A DNA stretch of 60,089 bases from a virus (taxonomy: Duplodnaviria > Caudoviricetes). The notes under the pieces were generated by a model. It searched no databases. It worked only from the letters and a program-made list of their open reading frames with translations, and had not been told where the DNA came from. Below, piece by piece: positions 50,156 through 59,384 of this stretch. The number at the start of each line of letters is the position of its first letter. Within the stretch, counting starts at the first letter, position 1. Location of the stretch: positions 1 to 60,089 of the IMG/VR virus record IMGVR_UViG_3300028706_000329; one strand, written 5' to 3'. The position numbers and the translations under genes were made by a program.

Positions 50156-50438
50156 AATAGTATATACATGTTTTATACATCATTTTCTTACATTCATTAG
50201 CGCCATAAGATTCTGGCGACAAGTTAGGTTTTTCACCTTTCTTATATGGCCCAATAATAATTGATATGTGCCATTCTTTAGGAGCAGCACCTGTGGAAAT
50301 TGGAGAGTAAGAAATTCTTATATTATTTTTAATACAAAAATCATTTGCCGCTCTTTCTTTAACTGTAGGAAAGTAAGTACCCATGATACTTTTCTTTCTC
50401 TTCCTACCTATATCCATTGCACTTATTGTTCCTGCCAT
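50136..50438 (-). CDS. Hypothetical protein
   Basis: ORF overlapping the thyA start; the true start may be a downstream Met because the first ATG overlaps the promoter motif. Confidence 0.65.
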   Translation of the reverse strand: MAGTISAMDIGRKRKKSIMGTYFPTVKERAANDFCIKNNIRISYSPISTGAAPKEWHISIIIGPYKKGEKPNLSPESYGANECKKMMYKTCIYYYDKYRN

Positions 50439-50468
50439 ATTATCTTTTTATTATCGTATTTGTTACGT
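50438..50468 (-). promoter_or_regulatory. Class A promoter-like motif
   Basis: ACGTAACAAATACG-N10-GATAATA on the minus strand. Confidence 0.75.
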
Positions 50469-50469
50469 A

Positions 50470-52191
50470 CTACTCCCAAGGCATTATAGTGTTTTCTGGT
50501 ATAGGTTCTGAATGCGGTATATAACAACCAGATTTAGGTTCCCAAGTGAAGAAACATTCAGCACCATTTTCACCTAAATTTTGAAACTTAACTTTTAACA
50601 CTTTAACCTTTGTTGTTTTCTTTTCATAGTCTCTATGAACTAATAAACCATGATAACTAGCATCATACCATTCACCTCCACCTTTAATATTATACATTGT
50701 AGGCTCTTCAATTTTACCGTTTGAATCCTTATACATTTTAGTTGGGTGGGCAACTATAACAACTAATACATCATATTTTTTAGCAAACATTTCAATCTTA
50801 GTTAAATATTCTAATGTATAAACATTAACATCACCGTTATTGGTGTTTAAATCTCTTACTTTATTAAATGGATCTATAACTAAACATTTAATACCTTTGC
50901 GTTTTACAAGTTCACCACCTTTTTTTAATACTGAATCTAATGTATAACGCTCCATATCGATAAAATAAAAGTTATCGTTTATATATTCTGTTGTTTGTTC
51001 CCATTTATCTGTACCTATATCTTTTCTTGATGGCATACCTTGCCAAGCTTTTCTCATTAACTTATGAGCGTGTAAATATGTGGGTGCATTTTCAGGTGAA
51101 GCAAAAGCCGTCTTCCAACTGTGTTGCTGATTATAACCTATAACCATCTGATCTACAAAATCTGATTTACCAGATGATGGAATACCTGTAACAGTTATAA
51201 ACTGCCCTGTGTATGTAGAAAATATATTGTCAAAATTACGTAAGCCTATTTGAAATCCAGGTTTGAAACCGTTTTCAACAAAGTCTACAACATCGCCTTC
51301 AATATCTTTAAAAGTTGTTACGTTTTCTAATGGTACTGGACTTGCTGCATCAATAACTTTAACTAAAGAAGGAGCTCCGTATTTAAGTAAATATTCATTT
51401 GCATCTTTACAATCTTTAAATGAAGTTGTATAGCAAACCTCCGCCCCTAATCTTCTTATTAATTCTTGTCTTAGCGCTTGTCCTGGCTCATCATTATCAA
51501 CAGCTATAATTATCTTTTCAATGCCTGTAAAATAATCTATACAGTTATCTAAATAATCTAAGTTGTTTGTGCCCAGTGTGGCACCATTTGGAACTGATAT
51601 AGCGTTAGATATACCTGCTTCGTGTAGAGCTAATACATCAATCTCACCTTCAGTTATAACACAAAAAGAATGGCCTACAATAGAATCAATGTTATAGAAT
51701 ACTTTTTCAGCACCCTTATATAACTTGAAGTTCTTGCGGCCATCTCTGTACTTAATGTTGATGAGTTCACCACCCATCATATAATTAAATTTAATTGCGT
51801 TCTCTTCTTTTGAAGTTTGTGGCATAAACTCAGGACCCTCAGAAACATTTAAGTCTTCAAGAGTCCTTTGAGATATACCTCTACCATTAAACCACTCTAC
51901 AACTTTTGAACTAACAGGCTTATGCGTCTTAGTACTAAAATCCGGACGGACATATACTTTTTCGCTTACACCTCTTCTTTTAAAAGTATGTAACTGGAAC
52001 GTTCTATTACAATTGTGGCAAGTACCTAACCCTCTCTCCCAGTCGTAAGAAGCGCACTTCTTTTTCTTATTCTCAGATTTTCTAGTATGTGAACACATGG
52101 GGCATGTACCCTCCGGTGCACCTACTTTTAAATCGTATTGATTAAACTGTTCGATCTGGAAACCATTAATTTCCGTGTTATTTACTTGCAT
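50470..52191 (-). CDS. Primase-helicase (T7 gp4/Twinkle-like)
   Basis: CPMC...CHNC zinc domain; TOPRIM ITEGEID, DNDEPG, KDANE; Walker A GIPSSGKS; VIDP; AHP. Confidence 0.95.
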   Translation of the reverse strand: MQVNNTEINGFQIEQFNQYDLKVGAPEGTCPMCSHTRKSENKKKKCASYDWERGLGTCHNCNRTFQLHTFKRRGVSEKVYVRPDFSTKTHKPVSSKVVEWFNGRGISQRTLEDLNVSEGPEFMPQTSKEENAIKFNYMMGGELINIKYRDGRKNFKLYKGAEKVFYNIDSIVGHSFCVITEGEIDVLALHEAGISNAISVPNGATLGTNNLDYLDNCIDYFTGIEKIIIAVDNDEPGQALRQELIRRLGAEVCYTTSFKDCKDANEYLLKYGAPSLVKVIDAASPVPLENVTTFKDIEGDVVDFVENGFKPGFQIGLRNFDNIFSTYTGQFITVTGIPSSGKSDFVDQMVIGYNQQHSWKTAFASPENAPTYLHAHKLMRKAWQGMPSRKDIGTDKWEQTTEYINDNFYFIDMERYTLDSVLKKGGELVKRKGIKCLVIDPFNKVRDLNTNNGDVNVYTLEYLTKIEMFAKKYDVLVVIVAHPTKMYKDSNGKIEEPTMYNIKGGGEWYDASYHGLLVHRDYEKKTTKVKVLKVKFQNLGENGAECFFTWEPKSGCYIPHSEPIPENTIMPWE

Positions 52192-52212
52192 GTAATCTAT
52201 TTATATTAGTTC

Positions 52213-52524
52213 TTAAAATGGTAAATCATCTTGTGCAACTTGTGGTTTAGCAGCTGCAGCTTGTTGTTGATTATCTCTTGGTACAGGCTTAGGGAATTCA
52301 CCGTCAGTCCATACAACAGTAGCGTTACCTAAAAATGTTCTAGGCTCCTTAGCTTCTCTTTCTTCCTTAGTTTGTGCCATAGCCACTGGACCATGGTTAC
52401 CATAGGCATCAACGTCATTATTAACGGTAATAGTAATTGGTAAATACTTACCTTTTTTACCTTCAATAATCCTTGATTTGTCTATAGCAGTAAGGTTTAT
52501 ACTTGTTTTAATTATACCTGCCAT
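52213..52524 (-). CDS. Single-stranded DNA-binding protein (putative)
   Basis: Acidic DDLPF C-terminus; next to the helicase. Confidence 0.7.
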   Translation of the reverse strand: MAGIIKTSINLTAIDKSRIIEGKKGKYLPITITVNNDVDAYGNHGPVAMAQTKEEREAKEPRTFLGNATVVWTDGEFPKPVPRDNQQQAAAAKPQVAQDDLPF

Positions 52525-52527
52525 TTC

Positions 52528-52695
52528 TTAATATGTTTGTAATTGTGAAAACATTCTTTTTAATTGAGTGCTATTTGCACCTGTTGATCTTCTTAAATTG
52601 TCAACTGCTTTTACATGCGTTTGATTGCTGTAAAAGTTTCTCTCACTTGTTGTAACACCTGTTACACTACAAGTTCTTTTCTTTGTTCTTGCCAT
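52528..52695 (-). CDS. 55-aa hypothetical protein (not in track)
   Basis: MARTKKRTCSVTG...RMFSQLQTY*; exactly fills the gap. Confidence 0.6.
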   Translation of the reverse strand: MARTKKRTCSVTGVTTSERNFYSNQTHVKAVDNLRRSTGANSTQLKRMFSQLQTY

Positions 52696-52704
52696 AATAT
52701 AAAA

Positions 52705-53448
52705 TTAAAGTGTTTTAGTTAAAAAAAATTGTGATGGATCAAACCCATCTGTTTTAAAGAATAGCTCATATGCCTCAGTAGCTCTAAGTACTTTATCTCT
52801 ACCTGATTCATAAAACTCATCTGAACAATCAAATATTCCTATTTGATGTGTTGTCTTATCCATTACGATAAATAACATATCATAACCAAACATCTCTTTA
52901 TAGATATAAGCTTGACTGTCATAGTTGTATTTATTTGCCGACCATTTAAATTTACTTACGTCGGCACTTGTTTTGAGGTCTATAATAAGTTGCTCGTCCT
53001 CATTTATTATATCGGCTTTGCCTTTCCACATATTACCGAACAGCCTTATTATCCCGGGTTGTTCGTATTTGATACGTGCGCCTTTTCTTGAACCCCGTAT
53101 GTAATCTTTACATATGTTGTTCTTTAGCAACCTTTCTCGCATTAATTCAATTTTGTCTGCTTCATGTTGAAGTAAACACAATTCCCCTTCGGATATTTCC
53201 TTATACTTTTTTGTATTTCTTGTAGAAGATTCAATGATTTTAAAATTATCAATCTTATCTGGTTCAAGTATACTAGTATGGAAATAACCACCAACTAAAA
53301 AAGCAGAGCTCATTGCTGAGGGTACTTTAAAGCTTAGTGGGTCTTTTAATAATGCGGATATGTCTGAGTTACTTAAATACTGTTTACCAAACTTACCGTA
53401 GTAATGTTCGTCTGATTTAAGTTTTTCTAAGACTTCGTCTTTTGTCAT
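52705..53448 (-). CDS. RecE/exonuclease VIII-like PD-(D/E)XK nuclease
   Basis: LSNS, G..FH..ILEP, KGKADI...IIDLKT, Y..QAY.Y. Confidence 0.85.
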   Translation of the reverse strand: MTKDEVLEKLKSDEHYYGKFGKQYLSNSDISALLKDPLSFKVPSAMSSAFLVGGYFHTSILEPDKIDNFKIIESSTRNTKKYKEISEGELCLLQHEADKIELMRERLLKNNICKDYIRGSRKGARIKYEQPGIIRLFGNMWKGKADIINEDEQLIIDLKTSADVSKFKWSANKYNYDSQAYIYKEMFGYDMLFIVMDKTTHQIGIFDCSDEFYESGRDKVLRATEAYELFFKTDGFDPSQFFLTKTL

Positions 53449-53982
53449 CTATAACGTTGTTAATGATTTTTCTTGCTCAGCGGTCATAGAATACTTCTTT
53501 TTAATTGAAGTGACTTTGCCTCCTGACTTAACATAATCTTGAGCTTGTTTTAATTGAGCTGACGTCATAGTAGTAGTCTGGGTACCATGTGTATTGGTAG
53601 CATCGGAATCTGCAGTGTCGTCAATTAACAATAGATTACCTAAAGCATATTTCTTACCATAAGATGATGCTGAACCAAATTGCTGTGGTGTTTGCATACC
53701 TTTCTGATTAAGATCTACCCCTACAATAGCTGTTGCTGATATAAAAGCGTCGCTTTCAGTGTCATGAATTTGTGCTCTTGTTTCTATTACAGGAACAGTT
53801 AAATTCGACTCTTGGAATTGCTCGTGAACAACAAAGTATACTTTATACTTTTCGTTGTACGGTTTTAATGCTTCAAGAATATCTTCGGCTGATCTGAAGT
53901 TATATTTGCCGAATGAGTTGTAACGTGATTTCTTACTTTTGAACTCTTTTTGTATTAAACTTAATTTTTGATATATTGTCAT
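53449..53982 (-). CDS. ERF-family ssDNA annealing protein
   Basis: N.FGKYNFRSAEDIL, Q.FGSASSYGKKYAL..L..IDD..D.D. Confidence 0.9.
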   Translation of the reverse strand: MTIYQKLSLIQKEFKSKKSRYNSFGKYNFRSAEDILEALKPYNEKYKVYFVVHEQFQESNLTVPVIETRAQIHDTESDAFISATAIVGVDLNQKGMQTPQQFGSASSYGKKYALGNLLLIDDTADSDATNTHGTQTTTMTSAQLKQAQDYVKSGGKVTSIKKKYSMTAEQEKSLTTL

Positions 53983-53992
53983 TATCTATATA

Positions 53993-54002
53993 TATTATTA
54001 CG
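53993..54002 (-). promoter_or_regulatory. Class B promoter-like motif CGTAATAATA
   Basis: Intergenic, 10 nt upstream of the ERF ATG. Confidence 0.45.
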
Positions 54003-54017
54003 TGTTATCTTAACTTT

Positions 54018-54341
54018 TTAATTACCAAGCCTATAGAACAACCATGCCTCTTTAGATTTCGGCTTTGTTATTACTAAACTTGTCTCCCCTAAATAAAACA
54101 ATAAGTTGTACTCATCGCTTATATCTGTTCTTATTATCCTTAGCTCCCCGTCAACAATTTTAATTGTGCCCTGGGCTATTATCTCTTCCACACTTCTCCT
54201 AACAAAAGTATTGTTAGGTTGAATTGTCAAAAGTTCTTGTTCTTGGTTATACCAATTACCATATAATTCTGGCGGAATTGAATTTGATTGCGTATAGCAA
54301 AAGCTAGTGGCCATCAAAAATATAATTATTAATTTTCTCAT
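54018..54341 (-). CDS. Secreted hypothetical protein (lipocalin-like beta barrel?)
   Basis: Signal peptide; LYGNW motif followed by beta strands. Confidence 0.6.
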   Translation of the reverse strand: MRKLIIIFLMATSFCYTQSNSIPPELYGNWYNQEQELLTIQPNNTFVRRSVEEIIAQGTIKIVDGELRIIRTDISDEYNLLFYLGETSLVITKPKSKEAWLFYRLGN

Positions 54342-55093
54342 AAAAAATCTAATACTTGTGATTTATCTACTGTGTTTATTAAAGTGTTAATCGCATCTCT
54401 TTTTATTTGAGACACTCTAACATAGGAGGCTACACCTTCTATATTAAGTTTTCTCGCAATTTCTTTTGCGGGCATTTTATCACAGTCAAGTCCGTAGCTC
54501 ATGCGTAGTACATCATATTCTCTATTCGATAGATTGGCTTTCATTAAACCTAATAGATAAGCGTTTATAATATCTATATTATACTTCTTTGAAGTATCAG
54601 GTATTTGCATTAAAGCACTGTCCTCTTCATTTTCATATTCAATATCTATACTAGAAAATATGCTGTTAAAAAACATTTGCACTATCATCTTGTCACCACC
54701 GTCTGATTTTCTAATCTGATTAAGCTTGTATTCAGGAATTCTCATATCACCTCTGTTAATATCTATCTCCCTTCTTATTGCACCTCGAATACGTTTAGAT
54801 AAAAATGATTTTAAAGTTTTAGTAGGATCATCAGATTCTTGTACAACAGCCCAATCTATTCTATCAACCGCTAAAATTAAACCTTCTGAACCTGCTTGCA
54901 ATAAATCATTAATACTTAAAACGCCAGAAGCTTGATCAGACGTAGAAAATGAAAAAGCTACAGAAAAGACTGTATCTAAATTTTCAATTATTATTGTGTC
55001 TCTCTCTGAGTACTTACCCTTTGAGGCTAAATTTAAACTATCCTTAACGTCATTTTTAAATCTGACGAAGTTATGAATGTTGTATCTCTTCAT
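54338..55093 (-). CDS. RNA polymerase sigma70-family factor
   Basis: DLLQAG.EGLI.AVDR.D (region 2); LSNREYDVLRMSYGL...KEIA..L...RVSQIKRDAI (region 4). Confidence 0.88.
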   Translation of the reverse strand: MKRYNIHNFVRFKNDVKDSLNLASKGKYSERDTIIIENLDTVFSVAFSFSTSDQASGVLSINDLLQAGSEGLILAVDRIDWAVVQESDDPTKTLKSFLSKRIRGAIRREIDINRGDMRIPEYKLNQIRKSDGGDKMIVQMFFNSIFSSIDIEYENEEDSALMQIPDTSKKYNIDIINAYLLGLMKANLSNREYDVLRMSYGLDCDKMPAKEIARKLNIEGVASYVRVSQIKRDAINTLINTVDKSQVLDFL

Positions 55094-55700
55094 TTAAAAG
55101 TTTTTTTTCCCTAACTAATCCGTTAGTTATATTCCTATAAATTGTTCGTGTTGATACATTTAAAATAGTTGCTATCTTTTTTATTGTTATCTTTTCTTTG
55201 TTATCATTAATAGTTAACATAGCTTCATATATATCTTCTGGCTGCGCTTTCTTTTGTCTACCTATTAACTTGCCTATTATTTGTTGTTTTTGTTTTGTAT
55301 TTAATCCAGAATTATCTCTAAAAATGATTTTTCTCATTTTATTTTTAGGTGCATCACTATCAAAATCGATTAAGCTTATTTCCTCAATCATTTTATCAAT
55401 AATATTTGTAGGACAGTTGAAAGTTATATAGCCATTTATTTTATTTGCTACAATCTTTGCTAGCGTGTTAAATTGAAAGTGTGTCATTTCTTGATTTAAA
55501 TACCATAGCACAATTAGGTGCCACTTTAAAGATTTGTATGTAGTTATCTTAGCTTTACTACGAAATAGAGCATAACATTCAAACGTTCCGTTTTCATAAT
55601 ACCATCCCCAGTTGTATTGTTTTGTTGGTACATCATTAATAGGATCGCGTCTGTATAATATTCTATTGTCGTTTAAATATTTCAAATTTCTTTCAAACAT
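55071..55700 (-). CDS. DNA-binding protein with C-terminal HTH
   Basis: ITIKKIATILNVSTRTIYR. Confidence 0.75.
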   Translation of the reverse strand: MFERNLKYLNDNRILYRRDPINDVPTKQYNWGWYYENGTFECYALFRSKAKITTYKSLKWHLIVLWYLNQEMTHFQFNTLAKIVANKINGYITFNCPTNIIDKMIEEISLIDFDSDAPKNKMRKIIFRDNSGLNTKQKQQIIGKLIGRQKKAQPEDIYEAMLTINDNKEKITIKKIATILNVSTRTIYRNITNGLVREKKLLNEEIQHS

Positions 55701-55946
55701 TTATCTTTGCATAAAAGTTATTAGCTTTAAATACTTTTTATACCTATCTATATTAGAGGAAAGTAATACTAATCTATTAACTTTAAGTTCTAATTTCTTA
55801 CCTGTTAATGTGTGTAGCTCCATAGATTCAGATGTAATTTCAGAATGCAAATCATATAATCTTTGGCCAACAAACCTTAAATGTTTTTGCTTTCTTGAAT
55901 AAAGATTATGTTTATTTCTTATGTTATGTATAAATTCTAAAACCAT
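55701..55946 (-). CDS. Hypothetical protein
   Basis: 81-aa ORF abutting the next gene. Confidence 0.65.
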   Translation of the reverse strand: MVLEFIHNIRNKHNLYSRKQKHLRFVGQRLYDLHSEITSESMELHTLTGKKLELKVNRLVLLSSNIDRYKKYLKLITFMQR

Positions 55947-56047
55947 AAATTATCTATTATAATACAGAGAGCAATAAACGATATAGCTATAATCCAAAGG
56001 GGTACACCAATGTAGATTAAAATTCTATTCAACTTTTTTTTTCGCAT
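55937..56047 (-). CDS. 36-aa membrane peptide (not in track)
   Basis: MRKKKLNRILIYIGVPLWIIAISFIALCIIIDNLWF*. Confidence 0.4.
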   Translation of the reverse strand: MRKKKLNRILIYIGVPLWIIAISFIALCIIIDNLWF

Positions 56048-56109
56048 ATCGTTTATTTGGTTTGCTACTCTGCTGTTGTTTTTTTATTTTATCTCTAATT
56101 CCAAATATA

Positions 56110-56604
56110 TTATAAGAAACTAGGTGCTTGTAAATGCGGTTGCTCATCTTTTATTGTTACTTGTTTTTTATCGTTAATATAGTAGTTCCAGTATGCTTTA
56201 GATGAATGGCCTTCAACTTTATATTCATCAGGCATACATTGTGGTGGTTGTGTGAAAGGCGTATTGTCAATATATAAAGGTGGCATGTATAGCACGTCTC
56301 TACACTTTTCAATAGTCAGATGTGTTCTACCATATCTGTTAGTATACTCATCACCCAGCGCCATCATGTACTGATATGTCCAATTGTAATTGTCTAAGCC
56401 GGAACGGACCCATATAGTAGAGGGGTGGTTCACATGAGCTTTCTTGTAAGGAACATAACTAGTATCGTACTCATAATCTTCTCCGATCACATGATGGGCA
56501 GTACAAAGCATTTGGGCAGCTTCCAGCGGCATTTTAACAACATGTCTGTTGTAATGGTATTCGGCAGCTTTTACTGGGTCTGGGTGTAAGTAAAATATAT
56601 TCAT
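56110..56604 (-). CDS. Pyrimidine-dimer DNA glycosylase-like (DenV-related) protein
   Basis: MNIFYL..DP..AA.....HVVKM.LE.AQML...HVNHP...W...EY..RYG..H...PQCMPDEYK. Confidence 0.8.
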   Translation of the reverse strand: MNIFYLHPDPVKAAEYHYNRHVVKMPLEAAQMLCTAHHVIGEDYEYDTSYVPYKKAHVNHPSTIWVRSGLDNYNWTYQYMMALGDEYTNRYGRTHLTIEKCRDVLYMPPLYIDNTPFTQPPQCMPDEYKVEGHSSKAYWNYYINDKKQVTIKDEQPHLQAPSFL

Positions 56605-56769
56605 TAGTGGTTTATTATTTCAAATTCTTTATTTTGTACTATCATGTACTTTATACAATCAATATTGTATTTATTTATTATTACTTCTGTTTCATTAGAT
56701 TTTTTAATATTACTGTAAATATTAATTTTGCCAGTTATATAATCAAGTATTATTAGCTTCATAGGGTAT

Positions 56770-56800
56770 TATTATCTAAGGTTATTCGTATTTGCTACGT
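56770..56800 (-). promoter_or_regulatory. Class A promoter-like motif
   Basis: ACGTAGCAAATACG-N10-GATAATA. Confidence 0.75.
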
Positions 56801-56986
56801 GTTAGGTATTTGGCTGTATAAAGCATTGCATTCTGATTCAAGAAAGCTTATATGCTTTTCCATTGCCTCAATTCTAAAATTAAGGTATTGTATTAAATCA
56901 TCTTTATTGCCTGTAAAGTTTGAAGTTTCGTTAAATTTATTATATGTTAGCATAAGATCGCCATTAATTGTTAATTGAAAATTCAT
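56795..56986 (-). CDS. Hypothetical protein
   Basis: 63-aa ORF in the early gene array. Confidence 0.6.
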   Translation of the reverse strand: MNFQLTINGDLMLTYNKFNETSNFTGNKDDLIQYLNFRIEAMEKHISFLESECNALYSQIPNT

Positions 56987-56987
56987 A

Positions 56988-57170
56988 TTATATCAGTGGC
57001 TCAATTGCTTGTATTCTTAATTGACCTTTATTATTCTTTTCGCTATAATGTATAGCATATATTTGGTTTCCGTACTTCTGTAGCAATTTTATTTGCTCAT
57101 CAGTAAATTTAAAGTCTAAGTTAAATGACCTTCCATTTTGTCTTCCATCTGTATTTAAAAACATCATCAT
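56988..57170 (-). CDS. Hypothetical protein
   Basis: 60-aa ORF downstream of the tRNA. Confidence 0.55.
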   Translation of the reverse strand: MMMFLNTDGRQNGRSFNLDFKFTDEQIKLLQKYGNQIYAIHYSEKNNKGQLRIQAIEPLI

Positions 57171-57184
57171 AATTCATAATTTAG

Positions 57185-57256
<72 letters not shown>

Positions 57257-57264
57257 ATAGGTTT

Positions 57265-57475
57265 AAGGAACAGAAATCCTGTTAATTTCTGAATTACGTT
57301 GGACAGTTTTATAGATTCTGTATCGAGCCTTTTACTGTTTATCTTAGGAGCCAACAACCTAAGGATTGCCCATTGGTCTTACACCCTAATATTATTAGAG
57401 AGAGATAAGGGTCATTCTGGCATTACCTTTTTATGTGACCGTTTTGTAACCAAACCGCCAGACACTATCTCACTC
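57265..57475 (-). ncRNA. Candidate structured non-coding RNA upstream of the tRNA
   Basis: About 230-nt gap without a convincing ORF, elevated GC, several stems and a potential pseudoknot. Confidence 0.4.
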
Positions 57476-57490
57476 ATCTAAAATAAATAA

Positions 57491-57709
57491 CTAACCTAAA
57501 ATAAAGTTATTCTTAATATGCTTGTTAAAGAATTTACCAATCGAATAACTGTTTCTTAGTTTTTGAAACAATCTAACTGGTATATCTTTGTATAAGTAAT
57601 TTGTATCGTTTTGAAATTTAACTAATAAATTTCTTTGTTCTTTGTAGTATCTCATTGACTGTATTGCTGATGAGTCTACTGTTATAAAATCGTATTTAAT
57701 TTTTCTCAT
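57491..57709 (-). CDS. KTSC domain protein
   Basis: VDSSAI..MRY......L.VKF.....Y.Y..IP...F..L....SIGKFFN..IK. Confidence 0.88.
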   Translation of the reverse strand: MRKIKYDFITVDSSAIQSMRYYKEQRNLLVKFQNDTNYLYKDIPVRLFQKLRNSYSIGKFFNKHIKNNFILG

Positions 57710-57725
57710 GTTGTTTTGTTTATTA

Positions 57726-57756
57726 TATTATCTATTTATTATCGTATTTGTTACGT
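57726..57756 (-). promoter_or_regulatory. Class A promoter-like motif
   Basis: ACGTAACAAATACG-N10-GATAATA. Confidence 0.75.
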
Positions 57757-58011
57757 GCCTTTGGTTATATCTTTTCTGAAATCATCATTTCTCCACATAT
57801 AATCTCCAAACTCTTCACGCTTTTGTAAAATCCAATCTTCTTGGTTTTTAAATTTATCTATTATTTCTATAGCTTCTCCTAAAGAGTCTACTGTATGGGC
57901 TTCACTACCCCACAGGTTTATATGTCTTGCAACATATTTACCTTCATGCAATGGGTGCTTTGTTACACTCCAATTGTCACCTTTCATATTTTCAGGATTT
58001 ACTTCTTCCAT
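57751..58011 (-). CDS. Hypothetical protein
   Basis: 86-aa ORF in the early array. Confidence 0.65.
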   Translation of the reverse strand: MEEVNPENMKGDNWSVTKHPLHEGKYVARHINLWGSEAHTVDSLGEAIEIIDKFKNQEDWILQKREEFGDYMWRNDDFRKDITKGT

Positions 58012-58379
58012 AGCTCTTGTAATTTTTCATTAGTCATTTTATATATAGCTTGTATATTATCACTATTGTGTATAGCATGCTCAAGTGCCCACATCCCCGC
58101 TTGTTCCCAGCTATCAGGTCTGACACCAAACTCATCATCTTCTTCAAATATATCATAGCTAAGATTTTCAATAATCTCTTTACATTTAAAATTACCCATT
58201 GTGAAGTTGTCAATCCAGTAACCTATTAATTCATTTACATATTCTTCTTCAACTATAAATTCGTCAACGACTTCTCCCGCTACACCTTCTTCATACTCAT
58301 TAACTAATTCATCTGATATGTCACCTATTAAATAGTCTGTATATACTGAGGACCAGTATCTATATTTAGCTTCATCCAT
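57999..58379 (-). CDS. Acidic hypothetical protein
   Basis: 126 aa, very Asp/Glu-rich. Confidence 0.7.
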   Translation of the reverse strand: MDEAKYRYWSSVYTDYLIGDISDELVNEYEEGVAGEVVDEFIVEEEYVNELIGYWIDNFTMGNFKCKEIIENLSYDIFEEDDEFGVRPDSWEQAGMWALEHAIHNSDNIQAIYKMTNEKLQELWKK

Positions 58380-58644
58380 CGTACCTAGTATAATTTGAGA
58401 GGTTTTGTAATATCTCTACGTTAGATTTTTCTTTACTTGATACTACTTCTGTGTCTGTAGTCTCGATCGAATGTAAATAAGCAGTTTCATATTTATCTGT
58501 ATTATCTACAAAGAGTGAAATGATATCTAATTTATCATCATCGTCAAGAGTACTAAAACCAAATTCAGATTTTAGTTCATTTGCCATATGGTCTAGTATA
58601 CCTTCAAGCAATTTGTTATCGTACTGTTGTGAATATTTAGTCAT
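58372..58644 (-). CDS. Acidic hypothetical protein
   Basis: 90 aa, overlapping the downstream start. Confidence 0.7.
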   Translation of the reverse strand: MTKYSQQYDNKLLEGILDHMANELKSEFGFSTLDDDDKLDIISLFVDNTDKYETAYLHSIETTDTEVVSSKEKSNVEILQNLSNYTRYDG

Positions 58645-58672
58645 AATTATTTATTTAATTGTTTTACATTTA

Positions 58673-58703
58673 TATTATCCTACTGTTTCCGTATTTGTTA
58701 CGT
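58673..58703 (-). promoter_or_regulatory. Class A promoter-like motif
   Basis: ACGTAACAAATACG-N10-GATAATA, inside the 3' end of the upstream ORF. Confidence 0.75.
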
Positions 58704-59271
58704 GCGTAGTAGTTTCGCTATGCAGTTTATCAAAAGAAGATAGCTTGTGATAACCGAAGGTATAAAAATATTCATCTTCAAATATCATTTGCTCACCATC
58801 ATAATTTGGATGGTATATTAAATCTTGTTTACCTGTTGGATAAAATGTTGATGATGTCCATTCTTTTATATTATAAGAAATGCAATCTAATTCAAGTTCC
58901 ATACATAGTATCAACAATTTATCTTCAAGTATATTTCGATCGGAATACTCCATATATTCGCCTTCTAATCCTTTATTTTGTCCGGAAACATCTTTAAAAG
59001 TTTCAAGTCCACCATAAAAGCTAAAAGCAATATAGTAACTTTTTTCAGGTTCGTCTTTATAAGTATTGTCGAATTCGAACATAGATTTTATTATGTTACC
59101 ACTTCCGCCATCAAATCTTTTTACAACTGTTTTTCTTACAGTATTTAAATCATGGTAGTCATATCTGTAACCAGAGGATTTGGAATGTTTAAGCTTTCCC
59201 ATGTTTCTTTTTGAACCGATATTCAATTCAACGGTCCAATGTCTGCTTGTTTCTTTTTTAGTTTTTGTCAT
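58675..59271 (-). CDS. Hypothetical protein
   Basis: 198-aa ORF with A-rich start context. Confidence 0.7.
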   Translation of the reverse strand: MTKTKKETSRHWTVELNIGSKRNMGKLKHSKSSGYRYDYHDLNTVRKTVVKRFDGGSGNIIKSMFEFDNTYKDEPEKSYYIAFSFYGGLETFKDVSGQNKGLEGEYMEYSDRNILEDKLLILCMELELDCISYNIKEWTSSTFYPTGKQDLIYHPNYDGEQMIFEDEYFYTFGYHKLSSFDKLHSETTTHVTNTETVG

Positions 59272-59384
59272 TGTTATTTATTTTATCGTTATATAATTTT
59301 TGAAACATATTTTTGCCATCTATTAAATATACTTCAACTATTTTATTAATTAATTCTTGTTTTGTCATGTTATTTATTTTATAT

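Noticed and set aside
57400-57475. HDV-like/theta or hammerhead ribozyme next to the tRNA
   Set aside because: It lies 5' of the tRNA and lacks room for P4/J4-2; no CUGAUGA...GAAA core. Kept only as an unclassified RNA candidate.
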